A stretch of 64,000 nucleotides of DNA from an uncultured Candidatus Saccharibacteria bacterium (GTDB lineage Bacteria > Patescibacteriota > Minisyncoccia > UBA6257 > 2-01-FULL-56-20). The position numbers and the translations under genes are program-made. Location: NCBI GenBank assembly GCA_964361595.1, contig CAYIAX010000003.1, positions 6,071-70,070 of the forward strand. The letters are read 5' to 3'. Positions 56,205 to 64,000 of the stretch are shown one piece after another. Numbering within the stretch: position 1 is the first letter of the stretch; each line of letters starts with the position of its first letter. The notes beneath the pieces are model-generated. The model saw nothing but the letters and a program-made list of their open reading frames with translations, was not told the DNA's origin and made no database searches.

Positions 56205-57507
56205 CGCAGGAAATTCTGCCGGCGGTCCCCTTGGCGGCGCGTCCGGCCCGCAATCGCCCATGCCGCCTAAGGCATTGAGCCCCGCTTCCACTCCAGCTTC
56301 CGCCGACGCTAAAGCTTTGGCGGACAAGTCGGCGGGCAAGCCCGCCAGTGAAACGGACAAGACGGATAAAGCGGGTAAACCCTCCGCTGGGGCGGACAAG
56401 TCCCAGGTTACTTCCGAGGCGCCCGCACCAAAGAAAAAATCCAAGTGGGACATCGTACTTTTCGAAAGTTTGAAGATCCAGGACCGGATCAATTTTTCGC
56501 GCCATCTTTCGATCGTGATCAAGGCCGGTTTGCCAGTTTATGAAGGGCTCAAAATCATCCGCAAGCAGACAACCTCCAAATCGCTTTTGCGCATCATTGA
56601 TGACTTGATCACGGACGTAAACAACGGCAAGTTCCTGGCGGACAGTTTGGCCAAGCACCGCCGCGTCTTCGGCGACTTTTTCGTGAGTATCATCCGCGTA
56701 GGGGAATCAAGCGGCACTTTGTCCAAAAATCTCATCTACCTCGCGGAAGAAATGGAAAAGGCGCGCGACCTCAAGGGCAAAATCAAAGCCGCGCTCATCT
56801 ACCCCATTATTCTGCTCGTCGTTACTTTGAGCATCGTGTCTTTCCTTGTAATTTTCGTTTTTCCCAAGCTCATTTCGGTTTTCGCGAGCTTGAGCATCGA
56901 ACTGCCGGCGACAACGCGGATCATGATATTCGTTTCGCAATTCCTTTTGGCCTACGGCCATTTCGTGGTAATTGGGCTGATTCTTTTCGCCATTTTCATT
57001 CGTTTGCTCTTTAAGCACGCAGAATGGTTCCATGCGGCGGTGAATTGGGTGATGCTTTACACGCCGGTTTTGGGTTCGACGACAACCGCAATTAACTCCG
57101 CCAATTTCTCCCGCGTGCTGGGCCTGCTCTTAAAAAGCGGCATCACGATCGTCGAGGGCGTAACGATCACAAGCCAAACTTTCGATAACGTCCTCTATAA
57201 GCGTGCGATCGCTCGCGCCACGGATGCCATTCAGAAAGGAGAAACGATGGCGAGCTATCTTGAACAACATAAAAATCTGTTTTCGCCGCTCTTGATCGGG
57301 CTGATCGAAATCGGCGAGACGACCGGCAATCTTGAAGAAAATCTGGAATACATCGCGCAGTTCTACGCGACCGAGGTGGAGATAAAGATCAGGAATTTGA
57401 CTGCTGTCATGGAACCCATGCTGCTCTTATTTATGGGCGCGCTCGTGGGCTTCGTGGCGGTTTCGATCATCACTCCGATCTATAAAATCACCAATATTGC
57501 CAACTAA
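56197..57507 (+). CDS. pilC: PilC/GspF platform protein with low-complexity N-terminal extension
   Basis: 'GESSGTL', 'AALIYP', 'GETTGNL', 'EP.LLL..G'. Confidence 0.92.
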   Translation: MSNAGNSAGGPLGGASGPQSPMPPKALSPASTPASADAKALADKSAGKPASETDKTDKAGKPSAGADKSQVTSEAPAPKKKSKWDIVLFESLKIQDRINFSRHLSIVIKAGLPVYEGLKIIRKQTTSKSLLRIIDDLITDVNNGKFLADSLAKHRRVFGDFFVSIIRVGESSGTLSKNLIYLAEEMEKARDLKGKIKAALIYPIILLVVTLSIVSFLVIFVFPKLISVFASLSIELPATTRIMIFVSQFLLAYGHFVVIGLILFAIFIRLLFKHAEWFHAAVNWVMLYTPVLGSTTTAINSANFSRVLGLLLKSGITIVEGVTITSQTFDNVLYKRAIARATDAIQKGETMASYLEQHKNLFSPLLIGLIEIGETTGNLEENLEYIAQFYATEVEIKIRNLTAVMEPMLLLFMGALVGFVAVSIITPIYKITNIAN

Positions 57508-57935
57508 TGCGGCGCGGCGCCACTTTTCTCGAACTCGTCGTTACCGTGGCCATCCTCATGTTCGTGGCCGGGCTTGGCACGGTCGTGAGCGTAAACGGCT
57601 ACCGTTCGGAATCTTTTTCGTCCGAGCATTACAATCTGGTGAATATCCTGCGGCGGGCGCGGAGTGAAGCGCAAAGCAATTTGAATCAGTCCGACCACGG
57701 CATTTATTTCGACGCTGCGGATTATCTGCTTTTTGAGGGGCCGTCCTACGCCTCGCGCACGCCGGATTACGATCTGCGTTTTCCGACGACGGGCGGCATC
57801 ACGGTAACCGGCGCGGCGCAAGTCGTCTTCCGCGCTTTGGACGGGAGCGCCAATACTTCAGCGACTATAATCATGCAAAGCGGCGAACAGTCGAAATCCA
57901 TTCATGTTAATAATGAAGGGAGAATTGAGTGGTAA
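57507..57935 (+). CDS. Minor pilin (FimT/GspH-like)
   Basis: 'RGATFLELVV'. Confidence 0.85.
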   Translation: MRRGATFLELVVTVAILMFVAGLGTVVSVNGYRSESFSSEHYNLVNILRRARSEAQSNLNQSDHGIYFDAADYLLFEGPSYASRTPDYDLRFPTTGGITVTGAAQVVFRALDGSANTSATIIMQSGEQSKSIHVNNEGRIEW

Positions 57936-57940
57936 TAAAT

Positions 57941-58030
57941 TGGTAAGTAGTAAATAGTAGGTAGAATGTAGTAGACCACAAAATAATGAAAAAGAATCTA
58001 CGACCTACAACTTACCACCTACTATCTACC
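57941..58030. repeat. Convergent heptamer arrays; the right arm encodes the prepilin leader
   Basis: GGTAAGT-AGTAAAT-AGTAGGT-AGAATGT-AGTAG ... CTACGAC-CTACAAC-TTACCAC-CTACTAT-CTAC. Confidence 0.75.
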
Positions 58031-59401
58031 GATCGTAGAGGTCAGTTGACCTTGGAGATTTTAATCGCGCTTACGATCCTTACCTTGAGCATCTCGGCGA
58101 TGGTCGCGGTGCTCTTGGGCGGGCAGGCGACGACAACGGACAGCGGCAAAGCGAACCAAGCGGTGGCCTTGGCGCGCGAGGATCTGGAAAAGAAACAGGT
58201 GGACGCGAAGGTGAATTACAACGGCCTTACCTCGAGCACGAGCCAATACGGCGAATTCACGCGCGCGGTTTCGGTGGAGACCGTGGACGCGAATACGAAG
58301 CGGGTCAAAAGCCGCGTGAGCTGGGCGGACGACCCGTTGCGCGTGCAGGCGGTTGAGCTTATAACTTTAGTCACGAATTGGCGTGATCTTCAGGCTTCGG
58401 GCGGGGACTCGGGCGGGGGCGGCACTTCCGGCGATTGGATGAATCCGCAAACTCTGGGTTCGATCGACTTGGGCGCGGGCGTCTCGGCCACCGACCTTGA
58501 TGTCTTAAATAAATACGTTTATTTATCCGCGAGCGCATCTGACGGCAAGAAGCCGGATATTTTTATCGTGGATGCTACGAATGGACAAACCCCGGTGATC
58601 TTGGGTAGTACCTCGACCGGCCCCGGGCTTTTATCCATCGACACGGCTTCCAGTACGGCCTTCGCCGGCAACGACAAAACGAACGAACAGCTTCATATTA
58701 TTGACGTAAGCAATCGCGCGGCGCCGATCCTTAAATCAACTTTCCAGCTGCCGGGGGTTTCGGGCGCAGGCGCCGTCGGCCAGAGCATTTTTTACAATGC
58801 AAGCAAAATTTATCTGGGCACGAAGAGCGCAAGCGGGCCGGAATTCCATATTGTGGACGTGGCGAATGAACTTGCGCCCGCTTCCGCGGGCAGTCGTGAA
58901 ATCAGCGCCGATGTGAATATGATTGTCGTCGCAAGCGGCATTGCCTACATCGCCACCTCCGACGACAACGAAGAGCTGAAAATTTTGGACGTCTCGAATC
59001 CCGCCAATATAACTCCGCTCGGCAGTTTTAACGCGGCGGGCACGGCGGACGGAACGAGCTTATATTTATACGGCACCACGCTTTATCTTGGGCGCAAGGA
59101 TTCCGGCGATCCGGATTTTTATATTTTGGACGCAGGAAATCCGGCGCAGATCGTAACACTCGGCTCGAAGGACATCGGTTCGGACATAAACGGAATTGTC
59201 GTGCGGGACATTCTGGCCTTTATCGGCACTTCGCACGCGAACCAGGAATTCCAGGTTTGGAATGTGAGCACGCCCGCAAACATCACTTTATGGAGCTCAT
59301 TCAATTTCCCGCAAATTGCGACCGGCATTGATTTCGAGGACAACTTGGTTTACGTCTCTGTGCGGTCGAATGATGCCTTGAGGATTATTACGTCACAATA
59401 G
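57986..59401 (+). CDS. Large pilin-like protein with C-terminal LVIVD-type beta-propeller repeats
   Basis: 'RGQLTLEILIAL'; repeated 'I.DVSNP..P...GS'. Confidence 0.82.
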   Translation: MKKNLRPTTYHLLSTDRRGQLTLEILIALTILTLSISAMVAVLLGGQATTTDSGKANQAVALAREDLEKKQVDAKVNYNGLTSSTSQYGEFTRAVSVETVDANTKRVKSRVSWADDPLRVQAVELITLVTNWRDLQASGGDSGGGGTSGDWMNPQTLGSIDLGAGVSATDLDVLNKYVYLSASASDGKKPDIFIVDATNGQTPVILGSTSTGPGLLSIDTASSTAFAGNDKTNEQLHIIDVSNRAAPILKSTFQLPGVSGAGAVGQSIFYNASKIYLGTKSASGPEFHIVDVANELAPASAGSREISADVNMIVVASGIAYIATSDDNEELKILDVSNPANITPLGSFNAAGTADGTSLYLYGTTLYLGRKDSGDPDFYILDAGNPAQIVTLGSKDIGSDINGIVVRDILAFIGTSHANQEFQVWNVSTPANITLWSSFNFPQIATGIDFEDNLVYVSVRSNDALRIITSQ

Positions 59402-59437
59402 TTTCCAATTTTCAATTACCAATTTCCAATTAATACC

Positions 59438-59977
59438 ATGAAAAATTTTCAATCCCTAAAACCTAAAAGCTTTAAGCTAAAAGCTAGGCAAGGTATGACA
59501 CTTTTGGAAACCTTAATCTACGCCGCTATTTTCGCGACGATGATGGGATTCGTGATTATTGTGCTTTTCCAGATCGTTGATACCCAGCGCGGGCACCAAG
59601 GCCGGGTGGAGGTGGAAACGGAGGCGAATTTTGTGATGCGCAAATTGAGCTGGGCCCTCGAGGGCGCGCAAAGCATCAATTCGCCGGCGGCGGGGGCAAG
59701 TTCATCCCAACTTTCGATAAATAAATTTAACTTCAGCCAAAATCCGCTCGTTTTCGGTTTGGTTGCGGGGACGGTCCAGCTTGCTCGCGGCGCAAGTTCC
59801 GCCATTCCGCTTACGAATTCGAGCGTCGAGGTCACGGAACTCACCTTCGAACATCTCGCACCCTCGGGCGCAAGGCCGGACGGAGTGAAGGTCACGCTTT
59901 CTTTAACCGCTTCTTCGTCGGCGAACATCGTCAAGGCTACGACCACGCTCAAAAATACAATTTATCTGGAAAAATGA
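59438..59977 (+). CDS. Minor pilin (PilW/GspJ-like)
   Basis: 'QGMTLLETLIY'; leader encoded by heptamer repeats. Confidence 0.85.
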   Translation: MKNFQSLKPKSFKLKARQGMTLLETLIYAAIFATMMGFVIIVLFQIVDTQRGHQGRVEVETEANFVMRKLSWALEGAQSINSPAAGASSSQLSINKFNFSQNPLVFGLVAGTVQLARGASSAIPLTNSSVEVTELTFEHLAPSGARPDGVKVTLSLTASSSANIVKATTTLKNTIYLEK

Positions 59978-60354
59978 AAGGTTACGTCGCCATCACATCG
60001 GCTTTCATAATTACCGCGCTCATCCTTGTGATCGTGCTGGGCGTGAGTTTATCGGCAGTCTTGACCCGCGAAAATATCTTAAGTTCCGATCTTAAGGAGA
60101 CGAGCAAGGCCTTGGCGGAAGCCTGCGCCGAAACCGCGCTTTTAAAGCTTGCGCAAAATTCCAGTTATGCTGGCAATGAAACGATTACGGTTGCGGCGAG
60201 TACCTGCAGTATCGTCGCGGTCGTAGCGAGCGGGACGCAAAAAATCATCACGACCACGGGCCGCGCTGGCGACGTTTATACTAACCTGCGCGTTACCGCG
60301 AGCTCCTCGCCCGTGCTTTCAATAAGTGGTTGGGAAGAAGTGGTATCATTCTAA
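59974..60354 (+). CDS. Minor pilin (PilX-like)
   Basis: 'KGYVAI', hydrophobic helix, 'ALAEACAE.AL.KL', 'WEEV' end. Confidence 0.8.
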   Translation: MKGYVAITSAFIITALILVIVLGVSLSAVLTRENILSSDLKETSKALAEACAETALLKLAQNSSYAGNETITVAASTCSIVAVVASGTQKIITTTGRAGDVYTNLRVTASSSPVLSISGWEEVVSF

Positions 60355-60374
60355 TATATCTACGAAATACCAAT

Positions 60375-60875
60375 ATGTACGAATATACGAATATTTTTCA
60401 CAAACAGCGATCGAAGCGGTTCTTTACTCGAAGCGGCTTTACGCTTTTTGAGATCATGCTTTCGATCGCGATTATGGCGATCCTTTTGGTGCTCATTGTA
60501 TTTTTCATTGATCCGGCCAAGCAATTTGCGAAAGCACGGAATACGAGGCGCGAAGTGGACGTGGCGACGACTCTGACCGCGATTTCACGGAATATCGGCG
60601 ACAACAAAGGAAGCTTCAGTTGCAGTTCGGGCGCATTGCCTACAAGCAGCATGAAAATGGCTTCGACGGGAAGTTCTACGTATGATATTGCGCCCTGTCT
60701 CGTGCCGACTTACTTGGACACACTGCCTTATGATCCGAATGCGACAAGTTCCCATTATACGTCGGTTACCGATTACGACACTGGTTATAATATAGTTAGA
60801 AACGCGACGAGCGGCCGCATTACAGTAAACGCCCCAGGCGCGGAGCTAGGGAAGACGATTTCGATCACGAGATAG
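60375..60875 (+). CDS. Type IV pilin
   Basis: 'SGFTLFEIML', 'DP.KQFAKARN..R', 'LP.DP'. Confidence 0.88.
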   Translation: MYEYTNIFHKQRSKRFFTRSGFTLFEIMLSIAIMAILLVLIVFFIDPAKQFAKARNTRREVDVATTLTAISRNIGDNKGSFSCSSGALPTSSMKMASTGSSTYDIAPCLVPTYLDTLPYDPNATSSHYTSVTDYDTGYNIVRNATSGRITVNAPGAELGKTISITR

Positions 60876-60909
60876 AACGCAGCAAATAGAACGGAGAGGG
60901 CATCGCAAA

Positions 60910-60951
60910 AATGATAAAGTTAAGAGCCATATGGCTCTTAACTTTATCATT
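60910..60951. repeat. Perfect 42-bp palindrome, family B
   Basis: AATGATAAAGTTAAGAGCCAT|ATGGCTCTTAACTTTATCATT. Confidence 0.95.
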
Positions 60952-60990
60952 ACCAATAATGTGGGCCTCTCGCGTATCAGCCTTCTGCTT

Positions 60991-62109
60991 CTAGCTTTTG
61001 GGTTCTGATTTAAGGTTTTCCAAAATCGCGATTTCCAAAGGGATCATCGGGAAGGGGCTGTAGCGCATTTCGCTGTAGGCGCGGATCAGATTTTTTAAGA
61101 TAGGCAAATGTTTTTGCGGCTGGATTTTCGACGCGCGTTCTTTCATGCGCGCGAGCTCCTCGGCGGTGAGTTCGGATTTATAGATGCCTTCCAGATTAGA
61201 ATTCACGCTTAAAGCGATCGTTTTCCGCAAATAATGGATAAGTTCTTTGACGAGCGAGGTCAGATTATGTCCCTCCTCCTGCAGTTCGGCCGCGGCCGCG
61301 AGGGCCGATTTCGCATCGCTCGCTAAAATGAGATCCATGAACTCCTCGACTTTGCGGAAACCGATGCGGCCAGTGAGCCGCTCGGCGGCGGCAAGGTCAA
61401 TTTCTTTTTCGAATGAACGCAGCTGGTCGAGGATGGATTCCGCGTCGCGGAAACTGCCTTCGCCGGCGGCGGCGACAAGTTCAATCGCCGCTTCGTCAAT
61501 TTTTATTTTTTCCGCCTTTGCGATAGAGGTTAGCTTCTCCATGATCTTAGTTTTGGGGAGGCGCTTGAAAGCAAAACGCTGGGTGCGGGAAGTGATGGTG
61601 GCGGGAAGTTTTTCATACTCCGTGGTGGCCAAAATGAACATTGCATGCGCCGGCGGCTCCTCCAGGGTCTTTAAAAGCGCATTGAAAGCCGGGCCGGTGA
61701 GCATGTGGGCCTCATCAATGATGTAAACGCGCGTCGTGCCCAGGGCCGGCGCGATTTTGATGGCCTCCTTCAAATTTTTGATCTCGTCGATGCCGCGGTT
61801 CGAAGCGGCGTCAATCTCTACGACATCGAAAGAAGCTTGCTCATCGATCGTCTTGCAGAGAAGGCAGGTATTACAGGGTTCGCCCTTCGCGCGGAAAGAC
61901 GCGTCCGTCCGGCGGCGTTCGCAATTCGCAAGTTTGGCCAAGAGGCGGGCCGTCGTCGTTTTGCCGGTGCCGCGGGGGCCGTAGAAAAGGTAAGCTTGGC
62001 CCAGGCGGTTCTCGCGGGCGGCGTTTTGGAGGATGCGCACGGTGGTCTCTTGGCCCAAGAGGTCGGTCAAGGTCTTCGGGCGATATGTGCGGGAAAGTGC
62101 AAAAGCCAT
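60991..62109 (-). CDS. dnaX: DNA polymerase III subunit gamma/tau (short form)
   Basis: 'YRP.T..DL.GQ', 'GPRGTGKTTTAR', 'EIDAASNRG', 'IDEAHML...FNALLKTLEEPP'. Confidence 0.96.
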   Translation of the reverse strand: MAFALSRTYRPKTLTDLLGQETTVRILQNAARENRLGQAYLFYGPRGTGKTTTARLLAKLANCERRRTDASFRAKGEPCNTCLLCKTIDEQASFDVVEIDAASNRGIDEIKNLKEAIKIAPALGTTRVYIIDEAHMLTGPAFNALLKTLEEPPAHAMFILATTEYEKLPATITSRTQRFAFKRLPKTKIMEKLTSIAKAEKIKIDEAAIELVAAAGEGSFRDAESILDQLRSFEKEIDLAAAERLTGRIGFRKVEEFMDLILASDAKSALAAAAELQEEGHNLTSLVKELIHYLRKTIALSVNSNLEGIYKSELTAEELARMKERASKIQPQKHLPILKNLIRAYSEMRYSPFPMIPLEIAILENLKSEPKS

Positions 62110-62178
62110 GTTGTAACGATTGGCCTTATAGTATACTATGCAAAGTAATTTTACCATTCACAAATTTGTCTCTCTAAT

Positions 62179-63378
62179 ATGGCCAAAGTGCTTGCCGCCA
62201 TCGTTCTACCCATGCTCCTCGCGGGATTTTTTTTATTTTTCCCGCCCCGCGAAATTAAGATTACAGCCGCGCCGGCGGGGGTGGAGAATAATAACGTGCT
62301 CGCCCTAAACGAAGCGGCGGAGGGCACTTCAACCAAGCCCGTAAACGCGCCCTTGGCAAACCCGTCCCTGGAAGTGCGGGCAATTTATCTGACTGGCTGG
62401 ACAGCAGGTTCGGAGAAGATGCGCAAAGCTGCTTTGGACTTGATCGAGAAAAACAAGTTAAACGGCGTGGTTGTCGATATCAAAGATTACTCCGGCTACC
62501 TTTCTTATCGCACCGGTATTCCTGCGGCCCAGGCGGCGGGAGCGGAACGGCAAGTGCGGATCACGGACATCGACAAGGTGATTAAAGAATTCCATGACCG
62601 TAATATTTATGTGATCGGCCGGATCAGCGTTTTTGAAGATACGATTTTTGCCAAAGCCAATCCGGAATATGCCTTGAAGAACAAGACTACCGGCGAAATT
62701 TGGCGGGATAAGAAGGGGCTCGCGTGGCTCGATCCCGCGGCTCGGCCGGTCTGGGATTATGTTGTTGCGATCGCCAAGGACGCCCGGGCCAAGGGTTTCG
62801 ACGAAATTAATTTCGATTACATCCGTTTTTCTTCGGATGGGGATCTGGAAACGATCGCATTTCCAGTTTGGGATGGTACAGGCACGCGCGCGGATGTGAT
62901 GAAAGATTTTTTCGTTTATCTGCGCAGCGAGCTTAAGGAGATCCCGATCTCCGGAGATATTTTCGGCCTCGTAACCGTCGAGGCGGGGGACTTGGGCATC
63001 GGGCAGGTTCTCGAGCACGCTTTGCCTTATTTCGATTATTTGGCTCCGATGGTTTATCCTTCTCATTACGGGACGGGATTCCGCGGCTACAAAAATCCGG
63101 CTCAATACCCTTACGAAGTGGTGAGTTATTCCCTGGCGGAGGCGAACCGCCGCCGCGCGGCTTACGCCAAGAAAATCGCCACCTCGACGCCGAACCTGAA
63201 GCTTGCCCAATTCCGTCCTTGGCTGCAGGTTTTTGACCTCGGCGCTGCATATACTAAGCCGATGATCGAGAAAGAAATCCAGGCCGTAAGCGATGTGCTT
63301 AAGGCCGGAACTTCGACCGGCGGCTGGAGCGGCTGGCTTTTGTGGGATCCGGCTAACAGCTACACACCCTTAAAATGA
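62179..63378 (+). CDS. Putative glycoside hydrolase (DUF4015-like)
   Basis: 'VVDIKD..G', 'GRI..F.D', 'GFDEINFDYIRF', 'PMVYPSHY', 'RPWLQ.F'. Confidence 0.85.
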   Translation: MAKVLAAIVLPMLLAGFFLFFPPREIKITAAPAGVENNNVLALNEAAEGTSTKPVNAPLANPSLEVRAIYLTGWTAGSEKMRKAALDLIEKNKLNGVVVDIKDYSGYLSYRTGIPAAQAAGAERQVRITDIDKVIKEFHDRNIYVIGRISVFEDTIFAKANPEYALKNKTTGEIWRDKKGLAWLDPAARPVWDYVVAIAKDARAKGFDEINFDYIRFSSDGDLETIAFPVWDGTGTRADVMKDFFVYLRSELKEIPISGDIFGLVTVEAGDLGIGQVLEHALPYFDYLAPMVYPSHYGTGFRGYKNPAQYPYEVVSYSLAEANRRRAAYAKKIATSTPNLKLAQFRPWLQVFDLGAAYTKPMIEKEIQAVSDVLKAGTSTGGWSGWLLWDPANSYTPLK

Positions 63379-64000
63379 CCTACGAATTAGCACTCGAAAA
63401 ATTCCAGGGACCTTTGGACAAGCTCTTAGAACTCATTGAGGAGCGCAAGCTTGAAATTACCGAGATCAGCCTGGCGGAAGTTACGGACGATTTTTTGAAA
63501 TATTTGGGCAAATTAAAAGCCGCGACGGCGGAGCGGCCCACGCGAGAAGACATCCAGATGCTCGCTGATTTCGTGGTAACGGCAAGCCGGTTAATTTTCA
63601 TCAAGTCAAAATCGCTGTTGCCGGAGTTTACTTTAAGCTTGGAAGAGGAAGCCGAGATCAAAGATCTTGAGGCGCGGCTTCTGATCTACCGCGAGTTCAA
63701 GCCCGCTCTGAAACTCATCCATGGACTGTGGCTCACGGGCGAGCGCGCCTGGAGCCGTCCTTATTTTTCGGTTTTCGCCGACGGGCTCAAGGTTTTCTAT
63801 CCGGGCGAAACTTTGGACGAGCGGGCGCTCGCGGGCTCATTGGGCAAGCTTTTCCAAACGCTCGAGAAATTCACCTTGGAGACCGCAGTCGTCAAGGAAA
63901 AAATAATTTCGCTTGAAGAAAAAATCCAAGAGGTTGTGGCGCGCATCAAAACTTTGGAGTCGGCGCACTTTTCGGAGCTGACGGCGGAAAAACCGCGCGG
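63375..64000 (+). CDS. scpA: Segregation and condensation protein A (3' truncated by window edge)
   Basis: MTYELALEKFQGPLDKLLELIEERKLEITEISLAEVTDDFL...IKSKSLLP. Confidence 0.92.
   Translation, partial: MTYELALEKFQGPLDKLLELIEERKLEITEISLAEVTDDFLKYLGKLKAATAERPTREDIQMLADFVVTASRLIFIKSKSLLPEFTLSLEEEAEIKDLEARLLIYREFKPALKLIHGLWLTGERAWSRPYFSVFADGLKVFYPGETLDERALAGSLGKLFQTLEKFTLETAVVKEKIISLEEKIQEVVARIKTLESAHFSELTAEKPR

Noticed and set aside
1-64000. Recoded TGA (genetic code 25), prophage, IS transposase, integrase or reverse transcriptase/DGR
   Set aside because: Conserved genes end at TGA, prfB is present with a TGA-dependent frameshift, and no ORF shows phage structural, DDE, tyrosine-recombinase or RT motifs.

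Overview
A gene-dense, genetic-code-11 chromosomal segment. Gene content suggests a Patescibacteria/CPR (Parcubacteria-like) genome; this is an inference from the split transketolase, rpiB/rpe/pfkB/fba/gap cluster, many type IV pilins, mostly CCA-less tRNAs and a tRNA-adjacent LAGLIDADG ORF. Core genes include gap, rpiB, rpe, tkt, fba, rplY, metG, tatD, leuS, htrA, ribH/ribE/riboflavin kinase, a DEAD-box helicase, uppS, alr, frameshifted prfB, ftsEX, a DsbB/thioredoxin pair, pilB/pilC/pilins, dnaX and scpA. The most unusual content is non-coding. (1) At 38.8-39.4 kb three consecutive tRNA genes or relics are split in the anticodon loop by double-hairpin inserts, and two of those inserts contain a complete second tRNA (tRNA-in-tRNA). 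(2) Eleven perfect or near-perfect 34-44 bp intergenic palindromes in four sequence families occur, plus a small wHTH gene flanked by perfect 36-bp inverted repeats that may be the 'filled' form of such sites. (3) Two tRNAs are followed by an anti-T-arm and a copy of their own 3' end enclosing hairpins or a GIY-YIG gene. (4) Heptamer arrays and small palindromes invade coding sequences in frame. An AT-rich island (49.0-54.8 kb) encodes HEPN-like proteins and a membrane-anchored PIF1 helicase. All calls are by eye, without database searches.
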